DNA of 60,694 bases, from the NCBI GenBank assembly GCA_021819605.1, contig JAKAQT010000001.1, positions 1 to 60,694 on the forward strand, in the 5' to 3' direction. The notes below the pieces were generated by a model. It was not told where the DNA came from. It did no database searches and worked only from the letters and a program-made list of their open reading frames with translations. Positions within the stretch are counted from its first letter, which is position 1; every line of letters starts with the position of its first letter. The translations under genes and the position numbers were made by a program. Source of the stretch: Thermoplasmata archaeon. GTDB lineage: Archaea; Thermoplasmatota; Thermoplasmata; Thermoplasmatales; Thermoplasmataceae. This document shows positions 19,773-29,824 of this stretch, piece by piece.

Positions 19773-22154
19773 ATGAAAATAGAAAAATACGACATCGAAC
19801 TCAACATCGACTTCAGAAAACTTGAATATACCGGGGTGGAGAAGATCACCCTGGCAGGAGAGGGCGACACGTTATTCCTTAATTCCGTGGGAATTGACAT
19901 ACATGAGATGTCCTCCGGCGAAAAGCCCATCAAATTCACGATCAACAGTAAGGATGAAACGGTGAATACCGATCATAGACTGGGCCAGACTGAAACCATT
20001 GAGGTGAAATTCTCAGCCAAAGTCAGTGAGACTCTCATGGGCTTATATGTGGCCAAATACGGCAATGAACACATGATCACCACACAGTTTGAATCCACAG
20101 GCGCCAGGCAGGCATTTCCCTGTGTTGACCATCCAGATTACAAGGCCGTCTTTTCCCTGAAACTTGTCATTGACAACGATCTGGAGGCCATATCAAACAT
20201 GCCGGTGGCTTCCACTGAGAAGGCTGGAGACAGGAAGAGGGTTGTATTCAACGACACCCCAAGAATGTCCACGTACCTGCTGTACATCGGCGTTGGTAAA
20301 TTTGACAGCATTCACAGGAAGATGGGGCATATTGATGGATATCTCACGGCTCCCAAGGGAAGGCTTCTGAGCAATGATTTTCCCCTTGTGGAGGCAGACC
20401 ATGTCATTGCTAAGTACGAGGATTACTTCGGGATCAAGTATGTGCTTCCAAAGCTCCACCTGATTTCAGTGCCGGAGTTCGGTGCTGGCGCAATGGAGAA
20501 CTGGGGCGCCATCACTTTCAGGGAGCTGGTTATACTGGTGAACGATAAAACCAGCGCCTCTGTGAGGCACCGCGTGTCAGAGGTTGTTGCCCATGAGCTG
20601 GCACACCAGTGGTTCGGCGATCTTGTCACCATGGAGTGGTGGAACGATCTCTGGCTCAACGAGAGCTTTGCCACATTCATGTCATTCAAGATGGTTGACG
20701 AACTCCACAAAGACTGGTACATGTGGGGGGACTTTTTCATGACCGAGACGGCAGGCGCACTGAATGGCGATTCACTGCAGAACTCACATCCCATAGAGGC
20801 TGAAGTGAAGACCCCCGATGACATAGCCCAGATATTCGACGAGATAAGCTACGGCAAGGGTGCAAGCATACTCAGGATGATAGAGGGATATGCCGGAAGA
20901 GACAACTTCAGGAACGGCATCAGGAAATATCTTAAGGATCATGAATACAGCAATGCAAAGGGATCAGACCTCTGGGAATCAATAGAGAAGGCATCAGGCA
21001 TGCCGGTGTCAAGGATAATGGAGGCATGGATCAGGAGAAAGGGTTACCCCGTTATCCTGGCCAGCCGTGACGGTGATGCGGTGAAGCTGAGGCAGGAACA
21101 GTTCCTCCTTGATGGAAGCAGCACAGGCGAAACCTGGCCAATACCCCTCACCATAGTAAGGGAGAATGAGACCGAATCCATGCTTATGGAAGATCGCGAA
21201 ATGGCGATTCCAGCAGCGGGGTTCATAAAGCTGAACAGCGACTTTACAGGCTTCTACAGGACAATTTACGACAGCAGCCTGCTTGCATCCATTTCCGCAA
21301 GCAGGAACCGCCTGTCGGGCCATGACCTCTGGGGCCTTGCAAATGATCTGTATGCTGCACTGCAGTCCGGCAGAATTCCATACGGTTATTATATGGGTGG
21401 CATCATGTCAATCTGGGATACAGCTGATCCCCTGGTTCTGCAGGAGATCAACAGTCAGATGAACTCACTTTACCTGCTGAAGCCCCACAGCAAATCGGTA
21501 AGGGAAGCTGCAATGAAGTTTGCCTCCATGCACCTGGAACGGCTGGGAGAAAAACGTTCCGGTGAGGAGATCAACATCTCCATAGCAAGGGCCGCCCTCT
21601 CAATGACCATGTCGCTTGTCGATGGCAGGTTTGCGGCAGCCATGGCGGAAAATTTTAGCAGGTACTTCAGCCTGGATCCGGACATCAGGCAGGTTGTGGC
21701 CATAAGTTATGCAAGGACATCAGGTGACTTCGATTCCCTGAAGGAAACACTGGCCAGATGCGTAACGGACGAGGACCGGACAAAGATAATTGGCGCAATG
21801 GGCTGGCTGGGTAGGCCCGAGGCCCTGGGCAGGGCACTTGATCTCATCAGGAACGGCCAGGTGAAAAAGCAGGACACGGGAAGATTCTACATCTCAGCAG
21901 CAAGCTGCCCGGATTCAAGGGAATTCCTCCTGACAAACTTTGATTTCATGGTCCGCCAGCTGAAGGAGGTCTTCGTGGGATCAAGGGTACCATCAAGGAC
22001 AATAGAGGCAACAGTGCCGCTCATAGGAATTGGCAGAGAGGCCGAGATGAGGCGCCTGCTTCAGGGATACACATCGCCGGATCTCCAGACAGGGGTTAAA
22101 AAATCACTTGAGGGCCTCTATGTCAATATAAGGATGGCAAAAGCCATTCCTTAG
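19773..22154 (+). CDS. M1-family zinc aminopeptidase (tricorn protease-interacting factor F2/F3-like)
   Basis: It carries the GAMENWG exopeptidase motif, HELAHQWFGD ... WLNESFA zinc site, and a length of about 790 aa. I place the start at ATG 19773 (MKIEKYDIELNIDF). Confidence 0.88.
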   Translation: MKIEKYDIELNIDFRKLEYTGVEKITLAGEGDTLFLNSVGIDIHEMSSGEKPIKFTINSKDETVNTDHRLGQTETIEVKFSAKVSETLMGLYVAKYGNEHMITTQFESTGARQAFPCVDHPDYKAVFSLKLVIDNDLEAISNMPVASTEKAGDRKRVVFNDTPRMSTYLLYIGVGKFDSIHRKMGHIDGYLTAPKGRLLSNDFPLVEADHVIAKYEDYFGIKYVLPKLHLISVPEFGAGAMENWGAITFRELVILVNDKTSASVRHRVSEVVAHELAHQWFGDLVTMEWWNDLWLNESFATFMSFKMVDELHKDWYMWGDFFMTETAGALNGDSLQNSHPIEAEVKTPDDIAQIFDEISYGKGASILRMIEGYAGRDNFRNGIRKYLKDHEYSNAKGSDLWESIEKASGMPVSRIMEAWIRRKGYPVILASRDGDAVKLRQEQFLLDGSSTGETWPIPLTIVRENETESMLMEDREMAIPAAGFIKLNSDFTGFYRTIYDSSLLASISASRNRLSGHDLWGLANDLYAALQSGRIPYGYYMGGIMSIWDTADPLVLQEINSQMNSLYLLKPHSKSVREAAMKFASMHLERLGEKRSGEEINISIARAALSMTMSLVDGRFAAAMAENFSRYFSLDPDIRQVVAISYARTSGDFDSLKETLARCVTDEDRTKIIGAMGWLGRPEALGRALDLIRNGQVKKQDTGRFYISAASCPDSREFLLTNFDFMVRQLKEVFVGSRVPSRTIEATVPLIGIGREAEMRRLLQGYTSPDLQTGVKKSLEGLYVNIRMAKAIP

Positions 22155-22157
22155 GGG

Positions 22158-23513
22158 TCAGAAGGCCTTGCTTATGTTTATTCCGTCAACCATCGCGTAG
22201 GGCATTGTTGAGGCGGATATCTCCTCCCACCATTTCACCCTCTTTCTTTCCCTGGAAATTGCAGTCACGTTTTTCAGTATATCCATGACCGAATCGCTGA
22301 TCCTTATGCCGGAAAGAGCGCCCTGTATCTCGCCGTCCTTGATCAGGAACACCCCATCCCTGGGAACCGTGGAGAAAACGCCGTTCCTGTAATCCTGGAA
22401 TCTGGTGTACCAGGCATTGTTTATGAGCAGCCCGTTCTCCAGGCCCTCCAGCATGTCCTCCAAACTGGTTTTTCCCGCGTTAAGGCTCAACTGCCATGCT
22501 CTGGGAGATATTATCCCGGCGTTGCCGGTGGTTCTGGTCCCAGCCCGTATGGCAGTTGAGGTGGAGTGAAGATAACTCTTAAGTTTTCCGCGGCCGATGA
22601 TCTCAAGCCTTGAGGTAGGAGTCCCCTCATCGTCGCACATCCGTGATCCAACGCCACTGTAATCTGCCGGGTCATCGTAGAGGCTGAACTCACCCGTGGA
22701 AACTTCCTTTTCAAGCATTCCTGCAAAGCAGCTCAACCCGGTTTCCACTGCGTAATAGGACAGGAATCCGGAACTGTAGGAGAGTATGTTTCCCATTACG
22801 TATGGCGACAGCAGGACCCTGAATTTTCCGGGATTGATCTCGGACATCTGGCTTGTGGCAGAGGCTGTGGCAGCAGCTTCTGATCCCATCTCCTCGAAGG
22901 TCTTTCCGGTTGGTGATGTGCTGAATCCGAAATGCTGGGCCTCCTGTCCGGTGAACGGTCCTTTGAAAGCCCTGATGACGCCCTCAACGCCCCCAGTGCT
23001 GAACTGGCATTCATTATAGCTGGTCCTCACTGTGATCTCAGAATTCCTGTTGTATATGAGGCCTGCAGCACGTTCGGCACCGGCTGCAAGCGATCCGTTG
23101 ATCATTGCATCTTGCAGGTCCTTTAAATCGGTGGACTGGAAATGTGACGCCATTCCTTTACCGTAAGTCTGTTGTTCCCTGTTAATGGAGACAAATGAAG
23201 GATTTTCAGGTGTCCGCAGGGCAACCTCCTTAAGCCTTATAATGGCCTGATCTATGGAAGCAGGATCCTTGATCACAGTTGAAACAGTCCTGCCGTTCCT
23301 GGTGGCGAAGACGGAGAGATTCTCCTCATCCCAGTAATTGTGCAGGTCGGTGCTGCTGGCGGAGAACCTGATCTGCTCAACATTCTCCTTTGCAAACTCC
23401 AGTGCAATCTCCTGGAACCCTTCCTGCTGGAGCCTCCTGAAGACATCATCAACAAGGTCTGCTGTCACTGTATGTACACCTCTCTGAGCCTCATATGTGG
23501 TCCTCCCATCCAT
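22158..23513 (-). CDS. pmbA: TldD/PmbA-family metallopeptidase (PmbA-like partner)
   Basis: 451 aa with PmbA_TldD-family similarity throughout (..GGVEGVIRAF..., ...LLINNAWYTRFQDYRNGVFSTVPRDGVFLIKDGEI). The annotated start overlaps the tldD 3' end by 49 nt, so the start is uncertain. Confidence 0.75.
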   Translation of the reverse strand: MDGRTTYEAQRGVHTVTADLVDDVFRRLQQEGFQEIALEFAKENVEQIRFSASSTDLHNYWDEENLSVFATRNGRTVSTVIKDPASIDQAIIRLKEVALRTPENPSFVSINREQQTYGKGMASHFQSTDLKDLQDAMINGSLAAGAERAAGLIYNRNSEITVRTSYNECQFSTGGVEGVIRAFKGPFTGQEAQHFGFSTSPTGKTFEEMGSEAAATASATSQMSEINPGKFRVLLSPYVMGNILSYSSGFLSYYAVETGLSCFAGMLEKEVSTGEFSLYDDPADYSGVGSRMCDDEGTPTSRLEIIGRGKLKSYLHSTSTAIRAGTRTTGNAGIISPRAWQLSLNAGKTSLEDMLEGLENGLLINNAWYTRFQDYRNGVFSTVPRDGVFLIKDGEIQGALSGIRISDSVMDILKNVTAISRERKRVKWWEEISASTMPYAMVDGINISKAF

Positions 23514-24850
23514 ACGTCAACTCCCTGTTCCGGGTCGCCCTTTCCGCACATTCCCGCACTGAATTCCAGGTCTCTTCCCACAGCGTCCACGGCACTGTAG
23601 AAATTGATCGTGGTTGTTTCTATTACCGGCCTGCGGACCCTTCCTGACAGGTCACCGTTAGTGATGAGGTATGCCTCTTTTCCAACATACTTCTCGTTGA
23701 ACCTTATGTCGTCAATGTTCCATTCCGTGAAGGATTTAATGTAGATTCCCTTCCTGACGCCCTCGAAGAGCTCCTCGAACCTGTAATCTCCCGGCTCTAT
23801 ATAGGTGGTGCTCATTCTGGCAAGCGGTTCCATGTCCCATGAGGATGACCGTCCTCCGGCATTTGAATCTTTGCCTATCATGGAAGCACTTTCCCTGTTC
23901 AGAATAAATTCATCTGTGTAACCTTTCCTGTAGAGGTACCGCTTCCTTGAGGCGACGCCCTCGTCATCATACCTGTAGTAGCCGAAGCTTCCCTGTATTG
24001 TCGGATCATCTATTACACTCACGTTTTCAGAACCTATCCTGAAGGGGAACTTCTTGCCTGTCAGGAACGATTCACCTGCAAGTGCTCCTTCCCTGCCAAC
24101 GATTCGGTCATACTCGGTGGGATGCCCGCACGATTCATGTGCAACTATACCGGAAATCTCAGGGCCCACGATGACGTCAAACTTTCCAGGTGAAGGTCTT
24201 GGCGCAGATGCGCTCTCATGCAGGTCCCTGACATCACTGGTGATCCTTTCTTCCAGATTCAGGGAATCCAGATACTCATATCCGGAGGATGAACCATATT
24301 CCTTTGTTGACTGCTCAAATTCCCCGTTCTCTATGACGCCAACCATGTAGAAGTAATACAACCTGGCAACATCGCCCCTGATATCGCTTCCCACGGAATT
24401 GACATAATGCTGCTTTATGCGCTTGTCATGTATGACATTCATCCTGACATCGGCACCTGCAGCCTTCATGAGTGAATCGAAATCTCTGGCAAGTGTTACC
24501 TTTTCCTCCACGGACATGTCCTCAATGAGTTTTCTCTGGTTCACCTTCCAGCTGTCCTTTATGCTCTTCCCCTCCCAGATGGAGGATTTGCCAGGTTTCC
24601 TGGAAACCTTCACGGCATGATCAATAGCTTCCTTCAGGCGTCCCCAGTCCTCTCTATCGCAGTATGCCATTGCAATGCTGTTGTTTACCACCCTGACGGC
24701 ATATCCGCTTTCCTTTCCAGAATCCATCCCCTCGAATTCGGAGTTCCTGTAGGACAGATCATTTGTCAGTATCTCCATGTACCGGGCTTCGGAATATCTT
24801 GAACTTCTGGACGCATATTCCAGCGCCCTGTCTATGAGTTCCCCTCCCAT
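23465..24850 (-). CDS. tldD: TldD-family metallopeptidase
   Basis: About 461 aa. It contains the HESCGHPTE zinc-binding motif (HExxxH type) typical of TldD and ends MGGPHMRLREVYI. ATG 24850 overlaps the CBS-gene stop codon by 1 nt; the track uses GTG 24853. Confidence 0.85.
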   Translation of the reverse strand: MGGELIDRALEYASRSSRYSEARYMEILTNDLSYRNSEFEGMDSGKESGYAVRVVNNSIAMAYCDREDWGRLKEAIDHAVKVSRKPGKSSIWEGKSIKDSWKVNQRKLIEDMSVEEKVTLARDFDSLMKAAGADVRMNVIHDKRIKQHYVNSVGSDIRGDVARLYYFYMVGVIENGEFEQSTKEYGSSSGYEYLDSLNLEERITSDVRDLHESASAPRPSPGKFDVIVGPEISGIVAHESCGHPTEYDRIVGREGALAGESFLTGKKFPFRIGSENVSVIDDPTIQGSFGYYRYDDEGVASRKRYLYRKGYTDEFILNRESASMIGKDSNAGGRSSSWDMEPLARMSTTYIEPGDYRFEELFEGVRKGIYIKSFTEWNIDDIRFNEKYVGKEAYLITNGDLSGRVRRPVIETTTINFYSAVDAVGRDLEFSAGMCGKGDPEQGVDVWMGGPHMRLREVYIQ

Positions 24851-25962
24851 CACTGCTTCGCCTTGTCCTTCTTCAGCAGGTTCTCATAGGTCTCGAATAT
24901 CTTTGCTATGCACTTTCCGAAGTTCCAGTCATAGTCGCTTACAGACATATTCAGGTTACCGGCAAAGAGTTTCGTCCTTACGGAGTACTTTATCCTGCCC
25001 TCTGAGTGGTATTTTGCCACATGCACGTTGAATGTGCCGCTCTTGACACCAGACATCTTGCCAAACTTGCTCAGGAACTTTCCCGCCTCAAAGTATATGA
25101 TGTCATACAGATCATCATCATAGGGCCCGAGGCCTGAGACCTGCACAAGGACTCCTGCTCTGCTCCTGCCCACGTCCATTGCATTGATAACGTCATATAC
25201 GTCAACGACTCCAACAATCCTGTCCGAACCATCCACAACCGGTACAACATGAAGCCCGTTGGACACCATTGTTGATGTAAGGTCCTCAACAGAGGCTGTT
25301 GGCTTCACGGACAATGGCTGAGACATTATGGAGGCAACCTTTATGTCATTCTTCTCAGGGTTGCTGGTCCAGTCCCTTCTGCCATGGCTTTCTTTGCCCG
25401 GCATTATGGCGTCACCGCTCAACTCTTCTATCCGCAGTATGCCGGTGAGTTTTCCATTATCGTCAGAGACAGGGATTTCTGTTTCATCCAGCCCTCTGAT
25501 CTTTTCTATGGCCTGTTCCAGGTTTTCATCCTCCCTGGCGGTTATTGGATCATCGGACATGATCTCTGAGACCTTAAGCTGTCCTGGCCTGACAATTGAC
25601 GAGATGTTCTTCAGGACATCAGTCCTTGAAAGGAAGCCAACCAGGAGCCCCTTCTGTACCACAGGCAATGCCGGAACTCCGGCTTCCCTGAAAAGCCTTA
25701 TGGCAGAATTGATATTATCGCCAGGGCTCAGTTTTGGGGTCTTTATCATTACTGTCTCAACCTTTGAGGCAGGGAATATGCTTCTCCTGCGCAGGATTTC
25801 CCTGTAGCTCAGCATACCAAGATAGCGCTTACCCGAAAGTACAGGAATCTGGTGCACGCCCGTGTCCCTCATTCTTGACAGGGCTTCTCCAACGCTTTCA
25901 GTGTTGCTCACAGTTACAAGATCCTTGGTGATCATTATGTCACTGACTTTCATATTATGCAC
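24850..25962 (-). CDS. Four-CBS-domain protein with an extra C-terminal domain of about 100 aa
   Basis: Four CBS repeats are readable at aa 5-57, 67-120, 129-181 and 208-262 (for example VSDIMITKDLVTV...GVHQIPVL). A distinct C-terminal module spans aa 268-370. The alternative ATG at 25953 is also possible. Confidence 0.8.
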   Translation of the reverse strand: MHNMKVSDIMITKDLVTVSNTESVGEALSRMRDTGVHQIPVLSGKRYLGMLSYREILRRRSIFPASKVETVMIKTPKLSPGDNINSAIRLFREAGVPALPVVQKGLLVGFLSRTDVLKNISSIVRPGQLKVSEIMSDDPITAREDENLEQAIEKIRGLDETEIPVSDDNGKLTGILRIEELSGDAIMPGKESHGRRDWTSNPEKNDIKVASIMSQPLSVKPTASVEDLTSTMVSNGLHVVPVVDGSDRIVGVVDVYDVINAMDVGRSRAGVLVQVSGLGPYDDDLYDIIYFEAGKFLSKFGKMSGVKSGTFNVHVAKYHSEGRIKYSVRTKLFAGNLNMSVSDYDWNFGKCIAKIFETYENLLKKDKAKQ

Positions 25963-27133
25963 CTGTATAGTGTATCCTCAATTCCTTTATTAGGTCACTG
26001 ACTTCCTGTCTTATGTTCTTCCCGGACAGGGCACTGCTTATGAGTTCTGCAATCCGGCCCATATCGCTGAATCCCATCCTGCTGATCTCAGAAGTGCCTA
26101 TCCTCCCTTCCCTGTCAACAATAATTCCGTTATCTTCAAGAATCCGGGATGCCGATTCAAAGCTCATGCCCCTGCCCTGGAAATAATCGCCATCAAGTGC
26201 AATCTGGTGTGTCTCCGAGTACCACGGTGAATATTTTACTCCCACGCCATTCTCATGCAGTTCCTTTCCAAGGTGCCTGGAGTTTCTGACAACACTTGCT
26301 GCATAGTCCCTGCCATATTTCGTCATTTCCTCCAGCGCAACTCCAAGTGCAGCTATCCTTGATGGGTGATAGTTGTCCATGGTTCTCCAGGTGATGTTCT
26401 TCCTTATCCTGGTGAAAATGTCCTCGTTGTTAGTCAGTATGATGCCTCCCTGTGGGCCGAAGAACGACTTGTGTGTGGATCCAAACAGAAGATCACAGTA
26501 TTCAAGTACGTCCTTCTGAAAGGCCTGGCCAGCAATGAGGCCCATTACGTGAGATCCATCGTATGCAAGGTATGAGTTGTACGCATCGCACATTTCCCTC
26601 AGGGGCTTCAGGTCATAGTGCTTCAGGAAGAATGACTGTCCAAGAACCACAAGGGAGGGGCTGGATGCCTTCATGGCTCTTTCCAGCTTTTGGAGATTTA
26701 TCTCCTGGGATGCCTGGTCATAAGGGACCTCATAGTTCTGGAAACCGAACATCTGCGGCAGATACCCATTCTGATAGCCGGTGTATCCACCATCCTTCTC
26801 GGCAATGGACATCATGTTCTCCCTCTTGCTCATCAGCGAAAGGATAACCATCTCGGCTGCGATATGACCTCCCAGGGGTCTCACTTCGGCATACTTTGAT
26901 CCATACAGGGCGGCTGCCAGCTTCTCGGTTTCATGGAGTATCTCTTCCGTATACTGTGTTCCCCCGTAGGCATCGCCCTTGCTTGGATCAAGCACAAGTG
27001 AATATCGGGAGGCAAGATCTGAGGAGAGGGCTTCCCTGGCATCCATACTCATAATGTTTTCAGATGCCTGGAGATTCAACGATTCTGATCTGTACTTTTC
27101 ATGCTTCTTTACAAGCTTCAGGATTTCACTCAT
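25955..27133 (-). CDS. glyA: Serine hydroxymethyltransferase
   Basis: LNLQASENIMSMDAREALSSDLASRY and GSTHKSFFGPQGG (PLP lysine region) are SHMT signatures. I place the start at ATG 27133 (MSEILKLVKKHEKY); the track ORF extends to 27178. Confidence 0.9.
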   Translation of the reverse strand: MSEILKLVKKHEKYRSESLNLQASENIMSMDAREALSSDLASRYSLVLDPSKGDAYGGTQYTEEILHETEKLAAALYGSKYAEVRPLGGHIAAEMVILSLMSKRENMMSIAEKDGGYTGYQNGYLPQMFGFQNYEVPYDQASQEINLQKLERAMKASSPSLVVLGQSFFLKHYDLKPLREMCDAYNSYLAYDGSHVMGLIAGQAFQKDVLEYCDLLFGSTHKSFFGPQGGIILTNNEDIFTRIRKNITWRTMDNYHPSRIAALGVALEEMTKYGRDYAASVVRNSRHLGKELHENGVGVKYSPWYSETHQIALDGDYFQGRGMSFESASRILEDNGIIVDREGRIGTSEISRMGFSDMGRIAELISSALSGKNIRQEVSDLIKELRIHYTGA

Positions 27134-27390
27134 GATACGACCTTCCCCTGCCATGATAAGGCAGTGTGCTCCAATCAATGCATATCTCTGTATTTAATGT
27201 TGACACATTATCCATGGATTTCCTTGTGAAGCGCCTATGCCTCCGGAAATTATCTCATGCTGGACAGTTTGTGCCAGAAAACACCCGCCTGTTCATGAAG
27301 TTCCAGACTTGTTCCATGCTGAAACTTATGTCATGAATCCGTCGGGCACATCTGATCAACATATATTTCAATGTAACCGCAATAGCAAGT

Positions 27391-29799
27391 ATGATGAAGC
27401 TGAATGTCCGCATACTGGTGGCATCGTACAGGCGTTCAGATGTGGCCATGGAGATCTATGGCAGGACCGATGATGGAAAGTCCGTGACTTCACTTTACTT
27501 TGGCTTCCAGCCATATTTCGATCTTGTGAACCCGACTGATGCATGCCTGCAGAAATACAGGCTCGATGAGCAGTATGTCAGGGAGGAGGAAAAGAAGCTG
27601 TGGGTTTCCGGCTCCGACCAGCGTGTCATGAGGATTTATGTAAAGTCACCGTGGCTTGTGCCACAGCTCAGGGAGAAGTGCCAGGACGTCCAAGTGCTTG
27701 CCGCCGACATACCGTTCCATCACCGTTTCATATACGATATGGACCTGGGGTCATGTGTTGAGATAGAGGGCCAGGAGATGCCTGATGAGAGGCAGAACTA
27801 CACCACGGATTATGTTCTGCGCATCCAGAATATCAGGAACATACCTGAATTCAATCCTCCCCTGAAAATAATGAGCTTTGATATAGAAAATGCCATTCAG
27901 AAGGGCCCAGATGAGGAGTACGGGCAGATTTTTGTCATAGGCTATTCACTGACGGACGGAAACACCACTGAAAAAGGTGCGGTTTCAGGAAAGGAACGGG
28001 ACCTTCTCAGGGACTTCGTCAAGCTCGTGAACAGCAAGGACCCCGACCTGCTCACAGGGTACAACATAGATGGTTACGACCTTCCTGTACTGAAGTACAG
28101 GATGGAGAGGAATGGCGTCAGGTTTGGCATAGGCAGGGATCATCAGTCTCCCCACAGGGTGCAGGGACAGTACTGGCGCCTGCACGGGCGCATCATATCG
28201 GATACCTGGTGGGGTGTCAAGAAGGTGCTGCACCCCAAGCATGAAAGCCTCAACTATGTTTCCAGGGAATTGCTGGGTGAGGGCAAGGACAACATCAACA
28301 GGCTGAAGATTGAGGAAGAGTGGGCAACAAGACCTGATGAGGTTACGCAGTACTGCATCAAGGATGCTGACCTGACCCTCAGGATCTTCCAGAAAATACG
28401 CATTGTGGACCGCAACATGTTCATGAGCACTGTGGCCAAGCTCCCCCTTGACGACGTCACAAACGGAGGGACAAGCAATTATGTGGATTCACTGCTCATC
28501 AGGAAAGCTGACAGGGAAGGCATAGGCGTGCCAATGACAAAGCACAACTACAAGGAAGCCCCCATAGAGGGAGGATATGTGCACAGCATTGGTGCGGGAA
28601 TTTACGATTACGTGGTTGTGCTGGACTTCAAGAGCATGTATCCCTCTATGATCATGAAATACAACATTTGCTTCACAACGTTCGATCCATCCGGAGAGAT
28701 AGTGGCCCCAAACGGAGTCCACTTCCTCTCTAGGGAGAAGAGGGAGGGGCTCGTCCCAAGATTGCTGAAGGAGCTCATGGATCAGAGGGATGCCGTGAAG
28801 AGGCAGATGAAGTCGGCCAGTCCCGGCGAAAAGGAATATCTCGATGGCGTGCAGGGGGCAATCAAGATACTTATGAACACATTTTACGGTGTTCTGGCAT
28901 CCTCATTCTACAGATTCACAAATCTGGACATAGGCGGTGCGGTTACTGCATTCGCCAGGAAGACAATAACATCGCTCATCGATAAGCTCAAAAGTGAGAA
29001 TTACCGGGTCATATACGGGGATACGGACAGCATATTCATAGAATCAGGCGCAAGCAGTGACAGCGAAGCCGTGAAGGTTGGCATGGAACTGAGCGAGAGA
29101 GTTTCAAGGGACGAGGGTGTCACCGTCGAATTCGAGAAGGTCATGGATCCTCTCTTCTCCCACGGCGCCAAGAAGCGTTATGCAGGGAAGATCATTTACC
29201 CGGAATCCCAGAAGGGGGAGATACTGGTGCGTGGTTATGAGGTCAGGCGCACAGATTCATTTGACCTGCAGAGCCAGGCGCTATCTCACGTTTTTGATCT
29301 GGTGCTTGACCGGGACATAGAGGGAGCTGTGGCATACAAGAGGGAAATAGTGGATAAGATCAGGAAAGGAGACAGCACAATTGACATGGAAAGCCTGGTG
29401 ATATCCCGCACGGTCAGGGAATTCAGGAGCTACAAGGAGGAGAAATCCCTGGCCAACGTGAGGATAGCCAGGATGCTGATGGAAAGGGGAGAGACATTCA
29501 TACCCGGCATGAAGGTTTCATGGATAGTTACAAACAGCAGGAAATCACCCCAGGAGGTTGAGCCATACATTGACGGTGCTGAATTTCAGGGCAAGCCGGA
29601 CTGGGATTATTACGCAAGAAGGGTGGAGGAAACCCTTGACAGGGTTCTTGAAGGAATTGCAGAGGACTACGTATCGGCAGAGAGCCAGTCAAACCTGTTG
29701 AATTTCGGGGCTCTGAATGATCAGTCCGCCGTAAAGGCGCACCGGCCTGCCGGCGATGTTGAGGAAGGAAAGAAGCAGACAAGCCTCTTCGAGTTCTGA
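27391..29799 (+). CDS. polB: Family B DNA polymerase
   Basis: 802 aa. Exo I is FDIEN, Exo II is NIDGYDLPVL and Exo III is YCIKDADLT. Pol motif A is DFKSMYPSMI, motif B is KILMNTFYG and motif C is YGDTDS. All catalytic motifs are intact and there is no intein-sized insertion. Confidence 0.95.
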   Translation: MMKLNVRILVASYRRSDVAMEIYGRTDDGKSVTSLYFGFQPYFDLVNPTDACLQKYRLDEQYVREEEKKLWVSGSDQRVMRIYVKSPWLVPQLREKCQDVQVLAADIPFHHRFIYDMDLGSCVEIEGQEMPDERQNYTTDYVLRIQNIRNIPEFNPPLKIMSFDIENAIQKGPDEEYGQIFVIGYSLTDGNTTEKGAVSGKERDLLRDFVKLVNSKDPDLLTGYNIDGYDLPVLKYRMERNGVRFGIGRDHQSPHRVQGQYWRLHGRIISDTWWGVKKVLHPKHESLNYVSRELLGEGKDNINRLKIEEEWATRPDEVTQYCIKDADLTLRIFQKIRIVDRNMFMSTVAKLPLDDVTNGGTSNYVDSLLIRKADREGIGVPMTKHNYKEAPIEGGYVHSIGAGIYDYVVVLDFKSMYPSMIMKYNICFTTFDPSGEIVAPNGVHFLSREKREGLVPRLLKELMDQRDAVKRQMKSASPGEKEYLDGVQGAIKILMNTFYGVLASSFYRFTNLDIGGAVTAFARKTITSLIDKLKSENYRVIYGDTDSIFIESGASSDSEAVKVGMELSERVSRDEGVTVEFEKVMDPLFSHGAKKRYAGKIIYPESQKGEILVRGYEVRRTDSFDLQSQALSHVFDLVLDRDIEGAVAYKREIVDKIRKGDSTIDMESLVISRTVREFRSYKEEKSLANVRIARMLMERGETFIPGMKVSWIVTNSRKSPQEVEPYIDGAEFQGKPDWDYYARRVEETLDRVLEGIAEDYVSAESQSNLLNFGALNDQSAVKAHRPAGDVEEGKKQTSLFEF

Positions 29800-29824
29800 T
29801 AGCCGACGGAAGCTGTATTGCACT

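Noticed and set aside
27179-27390. Two short ORFs (27237-27473 plus strand, 27255-27449 minus strand) in the glyA/polB divergent spacer, and a 7-bp inverted repeat TTCATGA...TCATGAA
   Set aside because: The ORFs overlap each other and the polB start, and their translations look unremarkable. The inverted repeat is short enough to occur by chance. I treat the region as a divergent promoter.
27391-29799. Possible intein or inactivated PolB
   Set aside because: The length (802 aa) leaves no room for an intein, and all exonuclease and polymerase motifs are intact.
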